A stretch of DNA of 64,000 bases from Bdellovibrionales bacterium RIFOXYA1_FULL_36_14 (GCA_001769975.1 MEPW01000007.1:34734-98733); one strand, 5' to 3'. Shown: positions 28,475-39,987, numbered from the stretch's first letter. Translations and numbers: made by a program. The notes: generated by a model not told the origin, from the letters alone.

Positions 28475-28909
28475 ATGAGAAAAACAACATTCCTCATTCT
28501 GGCGTCTTTTTTCTTGTGCTTTACCCTTTTAGCAAGGCAACCAGCGGTGGAACCTGTAATGGGTCTTTCCATAGACGAAGAAAAGCCTATTGCGCCAGCG
28601 AAGGCCAAAGGTTATAAATTCAAACCCAATTCGGAAAGAACCAATCGTGAGTTAGCCGCGAATATTTACTCAAACGATGGCGTGAGAGAAACTAAATTAG
28701 ATAAAGGCTCCAATACTTTACCAATAATTTTTATAATCTTTATTTCGGTATTACCAATTATTATCTGGTTTACCATCATCAAAGGGATAAATGTTAAAAA
28801 CTCAAGAAGTCAAAGTGGAAAACTAAAAAATAATCTTTCATTTATTTCTGATTATCAAAACGATAATTTGGAAGATCATGACGACGACAATATTCCCAAG
28901 GCTTCTTGA
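28475..28909 (+). CDS. Hypothetical small membrane protein
   Basis: Signal-like N-terminus, one internal TM helix (LPIIFIIFISVLPIIIWFTII) and an acidic tail. GGAGGG lies 5 nt upstream of the ATG. Confidence 0.5.
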   Translation: MRKTTFLILASFFLCFTLLARQPAVEPVMGLSIDEEKPIAPAKAKGYKFKPNSERTNRELAANIYSNDGVRETKLDKGSNTLPIIFIIFISVLPIIIWFTIIKGINVKNSRSQSGKLKNNLSFISDYQNDNLEDHDDDNIPKAS

Positions 28910-28914
28910 TTAAT

Positions 28915-29559
28915 TTATTTACACACCCACTTACCTTCACCTTGGTACATACATACCTGTGAAATACTAGCATACTTCACTAAGATCTCCTTAACCCCAT
29001 CATGATTCAAATCTTTTAAATCCACCTTGTAGTGGCGACGATGATAGTTTCCATAACTATCTTTTGCTTCAGACCAAAAACTTGGCCCTTTTTGAATGCT
29101 CATTTTCGCAAAACTACCTTTATCAATATTGATAAAGTAGAGTCGACCTTGCCCTTTATAATCAATATACTCTTGCTCTCCAGCATAAAAGTATAAGATC
29201 ATAACATTCGTCTCAGCAGAGAGTTGTTTAATTGAAATTCGGTCCAAAACGGCATTTTTACCAAAGGCATCCAGTTCAAAACTTTTAATTAATTCCCCTT
29301 GGTGGGACAAAATATGCAAAACGTCCCGCCCATTGTCTTTATGGTAAATGATCCCCTCTTTGTATTTGTCTTGGTTTAAATCAACCTTGTAAATCGGCGT
29401 GCTTACTTGTAAGTCATACACCATTTTTTTGATTTCTTTATTTGACTCTTGCAAACGCTCTTGTAAAAGCATCTTCTTGATATACAACTCGTCCTGCGCT
29501 AAAGCCCTCGCTTGCCAAGCGCCCCACCCCAAAATCATAGCAATAAATAAAACCTTCAT
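28915..29559 (-). CDS. Hypothetical secreted protein
   Basis: 214 aa with signal peptide MKVLFIAMILGWGAWQARALA. Has the FG-GAP-like segment DLNHDGVKEILV. Function unknown. Confidence 0.5.
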   Translation of the reverse strand: MKVLFIAMILGWGAWQARALAQDELYIKKMLLQERLQESNKEIKKMVYDLQVSTPIYKVDLNQDKYKEGIIYHKDNGRDVLHILSHQGELIKSFELDAFGKNAVLDRISIKQLSAETNVMILYFYAGEQEYIDYKGQGRLYFINIDKGSFAKMSIQKGPSFWSEAKDSYGNYHRRHYKVDLKDLNHDGVKEILVKYASISQVCMYQGEGKWVCK

Positions 29560-29729
29560 ATCTTCTATTTTAAATTATTGAAAATTCAACGTCCAGAGGC
29601 ATTATATAGCCAGTGCGATTAATCCAAGTAAACTTATCGTAAGGAATTGCTTCCCTAAACACTCAATTTACCCTTGCAGGCCATTAATCTATAGGTTAAA
29701 TTGTTCCTGTTATCGCACTTTAGAAAAGG

Positions 29730-30488
29730 ATGATTATGATTTTCACCATTGGATTAATGAAATCAAAAAATAAGATATTAATTAAAAGCTTTGATCTAAT
29801 CCTTCCAACTTATTTAAAATCAATTACGATAGATGATATCAAGAATGAAAAAGTCAATTTAATGATTCTTGATATATCAGAAAATGAAAACGAAATTATG
29901 TCTCTTTTAGAAGAAGAAAATAAATATTACCCCATATGTGCTGCCTCCACTTTTAATTTAAATGAAGATAGCTTCAATCAACTATCTTTCCATTCAGCTA
30001 GAGATATTATTAAACAAGCTTATTCGACGTGGGTTTTAAATTGCAATTTAAAAAGTATTGAAAATTTATTTACAACCCTCGATCATCTAAAAGAACTTAT
30101 ACCAAACGATCGAATGGATTTTTTTGAAGAATTGTGGTTCATCATTAAAAGAAATTTAGGAGCTATTTCCCTAAAACTTATTTTTAACAGTATCAAACCC
30201 AATGAAAAGGCCCAATCTAAAAACCAACTCATCCAATTTAGAATTGATGGCTCCAGACTTCCTTCCACTCATGTGGGGGATGACTTTGAAAAAAGTCTGA
30301 TGGAAACCTACCGTCCGCAAATGGACAGCTTATTCAATATTACAGAATATGATAAATCCCAAGGGCAAATCGTCATATGCGCTTTAATTAAGGAAAGCCC
30401 GGTCATTATCATGGCCGAGCTTTTTGAGTTTACCAGTATACAAAAATCTTTTCTCACCGCTTTATTTGAAGGCTTACAAAAGATTTAA
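29730..30488 (+). CDS. Hypothetical protein
   Basis: 252-aa ORF. The exact start is uncertain (ATGs at 29730, 29736 and 29757). No recognisable motif. Confidence 0.45.
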   Translation: MIMIFTIGLMKSKNKILIKSFDLILPTYLKSITIDDIKNEKVNLMILDISENENEIMSLLEEENKYYPICAASTFNLNEDSFNQLSFHSARDIIKQAYSTWVLNCNLKSIENLFTTLDHLKELIPNDRMDFFEELWFIIKRNLGAISLKLIFNSIKPNEKAQSKNQLIQFRIDGSRLPSTHVGDDFEKSLMETYRPQMDSLFNITEYDKSQGQIVICALIKESPVIIMAELFEFTSIQKSFLTALFEGLQKI

Positions 30489-30497
30489 AAGAAATCC

Positions 30498-32072
30498 TTA
30501 TTTTATCTCAATATCAAACAATTGATTTTCGGTGAAATTCACATTGCTAGTTTGCGGAGGAGTAGAAAAAAAATGAGCTATATCACATCTTCCATTTCCC
30601 TCCCAACCTACAAACCCAACACTAATTTGAGTAGTTTTAACTTTTTTATTCATCACTATTTGCAACGTCTTGACTGTAATATTTCTAAATTGCACTTCAA
30701 TATGGCTGGCGGAATGCTCCAAAATTGCAATCATTCCCCCATCATTTAATTCTTGAATGGTAAAATTCTTATTATTCAACACTAATACCAAATCCGCCTC
30801 TTTCCATGGAAGATCTTCCTTCCCTGAACCAATCAGTGATCTGATGTTCCCCATACAACTTGCATGAACCCTTTTAAGTAGCGGCTCTCTGTCAGATTCC
30901 CCATTAAATCGTTGTTTTTGATATGTAAATTCGGGTATTGCCTTAAATGATTTTATATTTATTTTTAATAAGTCGTGTGGGTTAATCACTAAAGCTTCAG
31001 TATCTGTTTTAATTAAATCATATTTTTTAACAGTTTTATTTGGGTTCATATGCCAATAAAATTCGCTTCCCTCCAATGACAATAAAATATAAACACCGGC
31101 GGCTTCCAAAACACTGTTTAAAGGAGCTGATTGATACCATATTTTTTGCCCATCCAAATCATTCACATTTTCAGTCATGGTATATGTTTCAGTATTTTGA
31201 CAAAACCCCAAATAGCACTGAATTTTCCCCTCTGAATCAAGCGTTAGATCCGACGAATATGCATCAACTAAATCTTTGAGTTTAATTCCAGGCGCAACGA
31301 AATGAACTTCGGTATGTTCTTTTGTTGAAATAATCACCATTGCATTATTTTTTAAATAACTTGCATAAAGTTCATCATACTTTTGAACTACGTTATGATT
31401 TTCAATTTTATAATCTTTAACTTGAAATACTAGTTTGGAATTTTTTTCTAATGATTGTTTTAGATCAGGAAAATTGAACTTTTGTTTATTAACCTGAAGA
31501 TACTGATTGTTGTCAGAACTAAAGAACTCTTCAAAGCTAACCATCTGCCCATCTTGGATGGGCCTTAACTCTCCAGTTAAGGGATAGTAATAATAAAACG
31601 CAAGCATAATATCAGAAATCATGTCACTTTTATCAAACCCTTTAAATATTAATTTTGAATCAAAACTAAACTGCATTTCTTCAAGCGATCCTAGTCCTGT
31701 TACCAATTTCTCCAACTGCATCTTGTCTGAAATATCGTTATACTCAATTACATTTAGATTTAAATAATTTACTAGTTCCTTCTGATCCCATACTATTTTT
31801 TTTAGTAAGCCTATTTTAGTTAAATCGCTTAAAATTTTTCTTCTTAGTATATGATTTGATGGAATTACTTTGAAATTATTTTTATATATATTGTTAGAAT
31901 CAAAATAAATCTCAGTATTTTCCATTCCAACAAATGAAATATTAGGAACAAGTGACGGAGTTATCTGCGTGGGGGTCCCCGCAGTTGGGTCAAATGGTTC
32001 CAGCTTGATTGACTTATTGGTCTTTCCACACGCTGTGATTAACAAAATAAATACACAAAAAAATATTCGCAT
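30498..32072 (-). CDS. Hypothetical lipoprotein
   Basis: Start set at ATG 32072, with AAGGAGA 4 nt upstream. N-terminus MRIFFCVFILLITAC (lipobox). 524 aa, no recognisable domain. Confidence 0.55.
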   Translation of the reverse strand: MRIFFCVFILLITACGKTNKSIKLEPFDPTAGTPTQITPSLVPNISFVGMENTEIYFDSNNIYKNNFKVIPSNHILRRKILSDLTKIGLLKKIVWDQKELVNYLNLNVIEYNDISDKMQLEKLVTGLGSLEEMQFSFDSKLIFKGFDKSDMISDIMLAFYYYYPLTGELRPIQDGQMVSFEEFFSSDNNQYLQVNKQKFNFPDLKQSLEKNSKLVFQVKDYKIENHNVVQKYDELYASYLKNNAMVIISTKEHTEVHFVAPGIKLKDLVDAYSSDLTLDSEGKIQCYLGFCQNTETYTMTENVNDLDGQKIWYQSAPLNSVLEAAGVYILLSLEGSEFYWHMNPNKTVKKYDLIKTDTEALVINPHDLLKINIKSFKAIPEFTYQKQRFNGESDREPLLKRVHASCMGNIRSLIGSGKEDLPWKEADLVLVLNNKNFTIQELNDGGMIAILEHSASHIEVQFRNITVKTLQIVMNKKVKTTQISVGFVGWEGNGRCDIAHFFSTPPQTSNVNFTENQLFDIEIK

Positions 32073-32190
32073 AAGATCTCCTTGGTTAGAATCTGTATCT
32101 ACCAGGAAAATCATTTTATTTAAGAATAATTCGCCTTACTTGAAAAATCTTTTTCATTATTGAAAATTGGGTAGTGACCGTGCTTGAGAG

Positions 32191-32535
32191 TTATTTTCCA
32201 AATCTACCCAGGTGGTTATCACTCAGCACATGGAAATGGGTATGAAAAACACTCTGGCCGGCACTTCTGCCGATATTAGTTACCACTCTAAAACCGTTTT
32301 CTTTCATTTTAGTCTTCTTGGAAAATTCGCCAATAGCTTTCATAATCTGCAAAACCCCTTCTGGATTTTCATGAACCATTTCAACTAAGTCAGCTTGGTG
32401 GGCTTTATGAATAAAGAGAAAATGCTCTCTTGCCTGGGGTTGAATATCTCGAAACGCCATTACATGGTCATTTTCAAATACGATTTCAGCGGGTATTTTG
32501 CCGTTTACTATTTTACAAAAAATACAATCAATCAT
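32191..32535 (-). CDS. HIT-family (histidine triad) nucleotide hydrolase
   Basis: CIFCKI N-terminus and the HTHFHVL triad. 114 aa. 4-nt overlap with murA. Confidence 0.85.
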   Translation of the reverse strand: MIDCIFCKIVNGKIPAEIVFENDHVMAFRDIQPQAREHFLFIHKAHQADLVEMVHENPEGVLQIMKAIGEFSKKTKMKENGFRVVTNIGRSAGQSVFHTHFHVLSDNHLGRFGK

Positions 32536-33803
32536 AAGTATTCTCCAGGATTACTTCTTTCAATCTTTACGCCAAGCATTTTTAATTTTTCCTCTAATCT
32601 TTCATAGCCTCGATCCAAATGATAAACTCTTTGGACATCGGTTACTCCTTCCGCACTCATAGCTGCTAAAACCAATGCAGCAGAAGCCCGAAGGTCTGTG
32701 CACATTACCGGACACCCTGTTAGTTTAGTGTTGCCTTGAATAATTGCCGCATTTCCGATTAATTCAATTTCTGCCCCAAGACGAACCAACTCAGGAACAT
32801 GCATAAACCTATTTTCGAAAATCTCTTCCCTGATAATACTGGCACCCTCCGCTTTAGTTGCGAGAGTCATAATCTGGGCCTGTAAATCGGTAGGAAATCC
32901 TGGATAAGGAGCTGTATGAATCTTGGACCATTTTAATTTGGAAGGTTTGACAGTTATAAAATTTTTTCCAATTTCAAAAGCAGCCCCCATTTCTTCAAGG
33001 ACATGTAAAACCACGCTTAAATGTCTGGGATTTATATTTTTAACTTTAATTTTTGAATTGGTAATAAGTGCCGCCATAATTAAAGTACCGGCTTCGATCC
33101 GATCCCCTATGGCCTCGTAAGTTACTTCCTTGAAATCATCTGCCTTCATATTTCCTTTGATAGAAAGCCGGCTAGTACCAGAACCCTGAATCTTAGCTCC
33201 CATCGCAATCAAAAAATTGGCAAGATCTTCTACTTCCGGCTCCATCGCGGCATTTTCAATTACCGTTTCACCATCTGCAAATAAAGCTGCCATCATTAAA
33301 TTTTCCGTGGCCCCCACTGAAGGAAAGTTAAGCGTGATATCTGCCGATTTTAATCCATTGGTTTTGGCATAAACATAACCACTTTCAATGGTAATATTGG
33401 CATTCATCTTTTTTAGATTTTTCAAATGTAAATCAATGGGTCTCGCTCCGATAGCACAACCACCGGGGAGAGAAATTTTCGATTCCAAAAACCTTCCAAG
33501 TATTGGACCAAGAACTAATATAGATGCCCTCATGGTTTTTACCAAATCATAGGTTGCCTCGTTTGATAAAATTTTTGAAGAATCAAAACTAGTTACATCG
33601 CCCTTGGTTTCCACGACCACTCCAAGATGAGTAAGTAATTTAATCATGGTTTTTATATCTTTTAGGTCTGGCAGGTTTTTTAGATGCACTGGTTTACTAG
33701 TAACCAAAGTGGCTGCTAAAATAGGCAAATACGCATTTTTAGCAGATGATACAGCAACTTCTCCACTCATTTTACTGGGGCCTTCAATAATTAATCTATC
33801 CAT
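32532..33803 (-). CDS. murA: UDP-N-acetylglucosamine 1-carboxyvinyltransferase
   Basis: 423 aa with the EPSP-synthase-like repeat architecture and the active-site loop LPGGCAIGARPIDLH. Confidence 0.9.
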   Translation of the reverse strand: MDRLIIEGPSKMSGEVAVSSAKNAYLPILAATLVTSKPVHLKNLPDLKDIKTMIKLLTHLGVVVETKGDVTSFDSSKILSNEATYDLVKTMRASILVLGPILGRFLESKISLPGGCAIGARPIDLHLKNLKKMNANITIESGYVYAKTNGLKSADITLNFPSVGATENLMMAALFADGETVIENAAMEPEVEDLANFLIAMGAKIQGSGTSRLSIKGNMKADDFKEVTYEAIGDRIEAGTLIMAALITNSKIKVKNINPRHLSVVLHVLEEMGAAFEIGKNFITVKPSKLKWSKIHTAPYPGFPTDLQAQIMTLATKAEGASIIREEIFENRFMHVPELVRLGAEIELIGNAAIIQGNTKLTGCPVMCTDLRASAALVLAAMSAEGVTDVQRVYHLDRGYERLEEKLKMLGVKIERSNPGEYL

Positions 33804-33806
33804 ATT

Positions 33807-34616
33807 CTATTCCTTGAATGCTTTTAAAAATCGTTTCTTATTATTATAATCTTTTAGAATTTGCACTTGCGCAAGCTGCATTTGCATTGCTATAGCTTGC
33901 AATCTTTCCAGATGGTCTTCATGTCCTTCCATTAAAAACATGCCGCCTAATTTCAGTTTATCCCTTACTTGAGTAAATAAATCCCTAAACCAAATTTCAT
34001 ATTGGGAGTCTTCCAAAAATAATGCAATATGTGGTTCATGCAAAATAACGGTCTGGTGAACTTTGTTTTCATCCAATAGTTTTTTTATATAAGGGGGGTT
34101 GGAAACGATAAGATCAAATTTTTCCGCAACTTTAACAAGCCTATCAGTATGTAGAAATTTTACTTCACTAAGTCCAGTGTTAATAAGCTTACAATTTTTT
34201 TTAGCAATGGCTAAAGCCGCTGCTGATAGATCTGTCGCTACTGCCTTTAGCTTTTTTTTAGTATCATTAACCATAGAGAGAATAATATTTCCTGAACCGG
34301 TACCTATATCTGCCACCAAAATATCTGGGTGTTTTAGTTTTTCAATATAATCCAAAGCAATCTCAACCAGAATTTCAGTTTCACTTCGGGGAATCAGCAC
34401 ATCAGGGGTAACTTCAAAATAGTGATTATAAAAAAAAGCTTTACCTGTTATGTATTCGAGGGGAATTTTTTCATCAACTTTTTTTAAGAATTGATCTACG
34501 GTTAATTTGGATAAAGTCAGACATTCTTCAAAATAGGAAAATTTAAGACCTGGATAAGTTTGCAGCAAGCTTGTTTGATGTTGATCAAAATAATTCGCTA
34601 GAATATTATTTTTCAT
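33807..34616 (-). CDS. prmC: Release-factor glutamine N5-methyltransferase
   Basis: SAM motif DIGTGSG and catalytic NPPY. Start set at ATG 34616, which overlaps the prfA stop. Confidence 0.85.
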   Translation of the reverse strand: MKNNILANYFDQHQTSLLQTYPGLKFSYFEECLTLSKLTVDQFLKKVDEKIPLEYITGKAFFYNHYFEVTPDVLIPRSETEILVEIALDYIEKLKHPDILVADIGTGSGNIILSMVNDTKKKLKAVATDLSAAALAIAKKNCKLINTGLSEVKFLHTDRLVKVAEKFDLIVSNPPYIKKLLDENKVHQTVILHEPHIALFLEDSQYEIWFRDLFTQVRDKLKLGGMFLMEGHEDHLERLQAIAMQMQLAQVQILKDYNNKKRFLKAFKE

Positions 34617-35679
34617 CGCCTTGTAAAAGCTCGGCTTGATGGTTGGCAATTAGAGTGTCTAAAATAGCAGCTAGATCACCTTCCATAATTTTGTCCAGCG
34701 AATAGAGGGTTAGTCCGATTCGGTGATCAGTAAATCTTCCTTGTGGGTAGTTATAGGTGCGAATCCGTTCACTTCGATCCCCCCTCCCAATTTGACCACG
34801 TCGCTCTGCTGCTGCCTTGGCCTGTTGCTCTTGCACCATTTTGTCATATATTCGGTTTCGTAAAATTCTAAGCGCTTTTTCTTTATTTTTATGTTGGGAC
34901 TTTTCATCTTGGATGGCCACAACGGTGTTAGTGGGAACGTGAGTAACTCTGACTGCCGAATCCGTCGTGTTTACAGACTGTCCGCCACAACCACCAGCAC
35001 GATAAACGTCCACTCTGACATCATTCATATTAAGTTCAAATTCAACATCATCTGCTTCAGGCATGACAGCTACGGTAATTGTTGATGTATGTACTCGCCC
35101 TTGGGATTCGGTTTTGGGAACTCTTTGCACCCGATGCACACCCGATTCATATTTCAGTTTGGAGTACACTTTATCTCCCATAACACTAAAAATAACTTCT
35201 TTAACACCTTCATCTGATTTACTAATAGAAACCATTTCGGATTTAAAACCAACGTTTTTAAAAAAATTTTGATACATTCTATAAACATCTGCAACAAAGA
35301 TGGAAGCTTCATCTCCCCCTGCACCGGCACGTATTTCGATCATAACGTTTTTATCATCCAAGGGGTCTTTGGGAAGCAGTAAAACTTTCAAACGCTCTTC
35401 AATTAAGGGAAGTGATATATCGCCTTGGCTGATTTCTTCTTTGGCCATTTCTCTTAGTTCTTCGTCTTTTTCATCGTTTAAGATTTCTTTTGCCTGATCC
35501 AAGGTTTCTTTTAATTGTCGATATTCCTTGTAAACCTTCACAACTTCTTCCAAGCCAGCTCTTTCAGATGAAACGTCCTTGAATTCTTTTTGATTATCAT
35601 AAATTGTAGGATCTGCTAATTTTTGAGTTAAGCTATCATATCGACTAACCACAGATTCTAATTTATCAAACATCGACAT
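34606..35679 (-). CDS. prfA: Peptide chain release factor 1
   Basis: GGQ motif (GGCGGQSVNTT), the RF1 PxT region RVPKTESQGRVHTS and a typical coiled-coil N-terminus. Confidence 0.9.
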   Translation of the reverse strand: MSMFDKLESVVSRYDSLTQKLADPTIYDNQKEFKDVSSERAGLEEVVKVYKEYRQLKETLDQAKEILNDEKDEELREMAKEEISQGDISLPLIEERLKVLLLPKDPLDDKNVMIEIRAGAGGDEASIFVADVYRMYQNFFKNVGFKSEMVSISKSDEGVKEVIFSVMGDKVYSKLKYESGVHRVQRVPKTESQGRVHTSTITVAVMPEADDVEFELNMNDVRVDVYRAGGCGGQSVNTTDSAVRVTHVPTNTVVAIQDEKSQHKNKEKALRILRNRIYDKMVQEQQAKAAAERRGQIGRGDRSERIRTYNYPQGRFTDHRIGLTLYSLDKIMEGDLAAILDTLIANHQAELLQGDEK

Positions 35680-35682
35680 CGC

Positions 35683-36810
35683 TTACTCCAAAAAATCAGC
35701 TAATTTTAAATTAGATTTTTCAACATCATTAAGATTGCCAATAGCAACTTCTTCCAGGGTAATAACCTTTTTAGTTTGACCAACATTTTTTAAATTATAT
35801 TTTTCTTCCAAAAATAGTGCTGCTTTAATGGAAACCAAGGCCACTTCCAACTGTTCATCGGTTGGCTCTCTGGTAGTGAGTCGTTGCAACAAAAGCCCAG
35901 GGGTCGATAGCATCTTTCCCCACCAAGTATTACATTTTTTTCCCATCAATTTAATGAGCTCATAAGATAATCCAGCGATTGGAAAGACCAGCAAGATTTT
36001 AGTTCCGACGGCTACCAAATGTTTCAAGATCGTAGGTAGACCAGCACCAACCGGCACTAGCGCAAAAAATATAGCAAACAAAATAATAGAAATAAAAAGT
36101 AAAAAGAAAATAAATGTTGTGCCACATCGAGGATGGAAGGTGGTATATTTTTTGGCATTTTTGATAGTTAATTCTTCCTGGGCCTCAAATGTCGAGATGG
36201 ATTTATGTTCAGCTCCATGATATTGAAACACCCGTCTGATATCAGGAATTAAACCAATAATTACAATATAAAAAATAAAAATAAAGGCTTTAAGGATTCC
36301 ATCGATTGTGTGAAAAGTAAAACTTTGAAGGCCCCATGTGGCATTAGTGCTATCAGCAAACAATGCTGTTAAAAAGTGAGGTAAAGCTTTAAATAGAAGT
36401 ATGCCAAACACTAGAGAAGCACCAATGGATACCCATGTAGCAAAACTAACTTTTTCTTTCTCTTTTTCCTTTTGTATGGCTTCTTCCCGACTGATGCCTT
36501 TTTTCTCTGCCTTTTTAATCATCTCTGATGACATAGCAACTCTGGCTGAATAATTGAGGGCCACAATTCCATTGGCCATGGTTTCAAGCAACACAAAAAC
36601 ACCTCTTATGAAGGGCAACTGCAGAAACTTATTCTTCTTAAAAAGTCCAAACCACTGGTCTTTCCTAAGTTTTATAGTTCCATCTTCTTGCCTGACCGCT
36701 ACAATAAAAGTGTGAGGCGACCTCATCATTACGCCCTCTATAACTGCCTGGCCGCCGATCGAAGTAAATTTTTGAGCGCTATCTGAATTATTTAGCACAA
36801 GATTATCCAT
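35683..36810 (-). CDS. DUF1385-family membrane protein (commonly linked to prfA/prmC)
   Basis: The N-terminal [13 protein letters not shown] and HGAEHK motifs are typical of this family. Several TM helices. Confidence 0.7.
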   Translation of the reverse strand: MDNLVLNNSDSAQKFTSIGGQAVIEGVMMRSPHTFIVAVRQEDGTIKLRKDQWFGLFKKNKFLQLPFIRGVFVLLETMANGIVALNYSARVAMSSEMIKKAEKKGISREEAIQKEKEKEKVSFATWVSIGASLVFGILLFKALPHFLTALFADSTNATWGLQSFTFHTIDGILKAFIFIFYIVIIGLIPDIRRVFQYHGAEHKSISTFEAQEELTIKNAKKYTTFHPRCGTTFIFFLLFISIILFAIFFALVPVGAGLPTILKHLVAVGTKILLVFPIAGLSYELIKLMGKKCNTWWGKMLSTPGLLLQRLTTREPTDEQLEVALVSIKAALFLEEKYNLKNVGQTKKVITLEEVAIGNLNDVEKSNLKLADFLE

Positions 36811-38050
36811 TCATAGAATCAAGAAATTCTGTATTAGTTTTGGTTTTTGTAATCCTACTTAGCATAAACTCCATCGCATCGATTGTGTTCATGGGGTGCA
36901 ACACCTTTCTTAGCAAATAAACTCGTTGCAAATCGTTGTCACTCATTAACAGATCTTCTTTTCTAGTTGAAGCTCTATTTATATCTAAACATGGGAAAAT
37001 TCTTTTTTCGAGCAGTTTCCTATCCAATTGAATTTCGGAGTTACCAGTACCTTTGAATTCCTCGAAAATAACTTCGTCCATTCTTGAACCGGTGTCAATC
37101 AAGGACGTTGCAATAATCGTTAAAGAACCACCATGCTCAATATTTCTGGCAGCACCAAAAAAGCGTTTCGGTCTATGGAGCGCATTCGAATCAACCCCAC
37201 CTGATAAAATCTTTCCAGATGGTGGAACCACGGTATTATAAGCGCGAGCTAATCTGGTGATTGAATCAAGCAAAATAATAACGTCTTTACCTGCTTCCGT
37301 AAGTCGTTTGGCTTTTTCCATGACCATTTCGGCAACTTGGACGTGACGGCTAGCAGGTTCATCGAATGTACTTGAAACAACTTCCGCAGCTACGTTTCTT
37401 TTCATGTCAGTAACTTCTTCAGGTCGTTCATCAATCAATAAAACAATGGTGACGGCTTCCTTATGGTTGGTGGTAATAGCATTGGCCATATCCATTAGAA
37501 GTACAGTCTTTCCAGCTTTAGGTGGAGCTACGATTAAACATCTCTGTCCAAAACCTTGAGGTACGAATAAATCGATTATTCTGGTGGAATAATTAGTTGG
37601 TTTAAATTCCAAATTAATTTTTTTCTCAGGATAAAGCGGAGTTAAGTTATCAAACAAAACCATGCGTTTATGCTCTTCAGTACCTTGAAAATTTACAGTT
37701 TCAACTTTTAAAAGAGCAAAGTAGCGCTCTCCATCTTTGGGCGGGCGAATCTGTCCAATAACAGTATCCCCTTTTCTAAGCCCAAAGCGCCTGATCTGGC
37801 TGGGGCTAACATAAATATCATCCGCACCCGGAAGATAGTTATATCCGGGAGAGCGTAAAAAACCAAAACCGTCAGGGAGTATTTCCAAAACACCTTCACC
37901 GAAAATTTCATTATCATTTTCAGCATGTTTTTTTAATAAGGCAAAAATGACTTCGTGCTTTTTTAATGCACCAGGATTTTCAATTCCTTCTTTTTCTGCC
38001 ATTTGGGTTAATTCAATAATTTCTTTTTCTCTTAAATCATTCAGATGCAT
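36803..38050 (-). CDS. rho: Transcription termination factor Rho
   Basis: N-terminal RNA-binding domain (GFGFLR), Walker A APPKAGKT, and the Q/R-loop region. 415 aa. Confidence 0.92.
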   Translation of the reverse strand: MHLNDLREKEIIELTQMAEKEGIENPGALKKHEVIFALLKKHAENDNEIFGEGVLEILPDGFGFLRSPGYNYLPGADDIYVSPSQIRRFGLRKGDTVIGQIRPPKDGERYFALLKVETVNFQGTEEHKRMVLFDNLTPLYPEKKINLEFKPTNYSTRIIDLFVPQGFGQRCLIVAPPKAGKTVLLMDMANAITTNHKEAVTIVLLIDERPEEVTDMKRNVAAEVVSSTFDEPASRHVQVAEMVMEKAKRLTEAGKDVIILLDSITRLARAYNTVVPPSGKILSGGVDSNALHRPKRFFGAARNIEHGGSLTIIATSLIDTGSRMDEVIFEEFKGTGNSEIQLDRKLLEKRIFPCLDINRASTRKEDLLMSDNDLQRVYLLRKVLHPMNTIDAMEFMLSRITKTKTNTEFLDSMNG

Positions 38051-38430
38051 CAGTTACTACTCCTTAATACACAAGATATATAATAATTTTTTGGTTGAGC
38101 TATTTATATGAACAATCTTCCCTTGTCTGTTACTTAAGATTAACTCAAGAATTCGCTTATCACTCCCTACGTTTTTTATCGGTTTTTGCAATTGTGGTGA
38201 ACGCAGAAAAAAGCTAGTGATTAATAACCTTTGAAAGTTAAGGTCTTTGTTCATATCATAGCTTTTTAACATTTCTTGTCAAGTAGGTTTCATTTTCTTT
38301 GGATAAGATATCTATATAATTTATATCAGATAAATATAACTGATTGAATTTACATCTAATCAGTAGTATGTACCTACACATGCACACCAAATCGTCCCCT
38401 CGATTCACTCTTTTTCTGGGAAAAAAAATA

Positions 38431-38853
38431 ATGTCCATAGATTATGGAGAAAAGTACGTAGGGCTTGCAACATTTATACCTGGTAATGATCCCTATCCGC
38501 TGGGTTTTGGACGCATCAAATTTATAGGACAAAAAAAGCTCATCTGCGATTTAACCAATTACGTATCAAGCGAAGCTGTTGATATTTTAGTTTTGGGAAT
38601 TCCCAGACTACTTGATGGTAAAGAAACTGGAGCAACTGAAAAAATTAAAAAGTTTGGTGAATTGCTTAAATCAAGTGTGCCAAATGTATTAGTATATTTT
38701 CAAGACGAAACCTTAAGCACTTTCGACGCCAAAGATCGTATGAAAAACTCGCCTGAATTTAATTTCAAAGTATCAATGGACAAAATTGATATGGTTTCCG
38801 CAGTTATAATATTAGAAGATTTCATAGCTGATAAAAATCCACTAAATATGTAG
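38431..38853 (+). CDS. ruvX: YqgF/RuvX-type putative pre-16S rRNA nuclease
   Basis: MSIDYGEKYVGLA N-terminus and DETLST motif. Start trimmed to ATG 38431. Confidence 0.75.
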   Translation: MSIDYGEKYVGLATFIPGNDPYPLGFGRIKFIGQKKLICDLTNYVSSEAVDILVLGIPRLLDGKETGATEKIKKFGELLKSSVPNVLVYFQDETLSTFDAKDRMKNSPEFNFKVSMDKIDMVSAVIILEDFIADKNPLNM

Positions 38854-38943
38854 CAATGTGCTAAAGCGAATTTTTAGGTTTTACAAAAACTATTGTACTT
38901 TCCCTTATCGCGAATTATCATCTTAATACTTTTTAAAAATTTT

Positions 38944-39987
38944 ATGTTTAAAAAAATAATACTTTTTACTTTTATACTCATTTGTCTGGCGACCGGCTTT
39001 GCTTTTTACAAAGTCTATTACTCCATTGAAAATTGGCGTTACCAGGGCCTTGATCAAATTTTTGAGATTAAAAAAGGTGAGAGTTTTTCCCAGATTAACT
39101 TTCATTTAGGTCAACAACGGCTAATCTCCAGCAAAAAAATCTTTTATCAATATGCTAAAATAAACGGGCTATTAACCAGCTTCAAAGCCGGCAAATATTT
39201 AATAAAAACCAACTCGAATATGAAGGACGTTATTAACACCCTAGTTAATGGTACCCCTATGCTTACGAAGTTAACGGTACCCGAAGGGAAAAATCTTTTT
39301 GAAATAGGTAAGATATTAAACGAATACAACATTTGCAATTATGATGAATTTGTAACATTAAGTTTAGATAAAGATTTTGTCTCGTCGCTGGGAATTAAAG
39401 CACAACGGATTGAAGGTTATCTTTACCCTGAAACTTATCTCTTTCCTCCCGGCACACCCGCCAAGCAAATAATCATTAAAATGGTTGAAACTTTCAAGAA
39501 AAAAATATCAGTCTTGGATTTTTCAAAAACCTCTTTAAACCTTCATGAAGTCATCACCCTTGCCTCGATTGTGGAAAAAGAAACGGGTGCCCCATTTGAA
39601 CGGGCCAAAATTGCAGGAGTTTTTATCAACCGATTAAAAAAGCGCATGCGACTACAAACTGATCCCACCATAATATATGGAATGTTTGAAGAATTTGGGG
39701 GCAATATCCAGCTAAAGGACAAAAAACACCCCTCCCCGTACAACACGTATATGATATATGGCCTCCCGATTGGGCCGATTGCCAACCCAGGAATTGAATC
39801 TATTAAAGCTGCACTGGAACCAGAAACTCACACTTATCTCTATTTTGTCAGTAAGAACGATGGTACACATGAATTCTCTTCAACCTTGATTGAACATAAT
39901 CTAAAAGTTGAGCAGTTCCAAAAAAATTATTATATGAGACAAGGTAAAAGCTGGAGAGATCTTAAACCCAATAAAACTGAAGAATAG
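38944..39987 (+). CDS. mltG: Endolytic murein transglycosylase MltG (YceG family)
   Basis: N-terminal TM helix and YceG motifs: EGYLYPETY, ASIVEKE and LQTDPT(I)IYG. Confidence 0.85.
   Translation: MFKKIILFTFILICLATGFAFYKVYYSIENWRYQGLDQIFEIKKGESFSQINFHLGQQRLISSKKIFYQYAKINGLLTSFKAGKYLIKTNSNMKDVINTLVNGTPMLTKLTVPEGKNLFEIGKILNEYNICNYDEFVTLSLDKDFVSSLGIKAQRIEGYLYPETYLFPPGTPAKQIIIKMVETFKKKISVLDFSKTSLNLHEVITLASIVEKETGAPFERAKIAGVFINRLKKRMRLQTDPTIIYGMFEEFGGNIQLKDKKHPSPYNTYMIYGLPIGPIANPGIESIKAALEPETHTYLYFVSKNDGTHEFSSTLIEHNLKVEQFQKNYYMRQGKSWRDLKPNKTEE

Noticed and set aside
34606-35679. RF1 stop-codon recognition tripeptide reads P-K-T instead of the familiar P-A-T or P-V-T.
   Set aside because: The motif is defined as PxT with a variable middle residue. 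The surrounding RVP-TESQGR-HTS context and the GGQ loop are canonical. This is no basis for claiming altered decoding.
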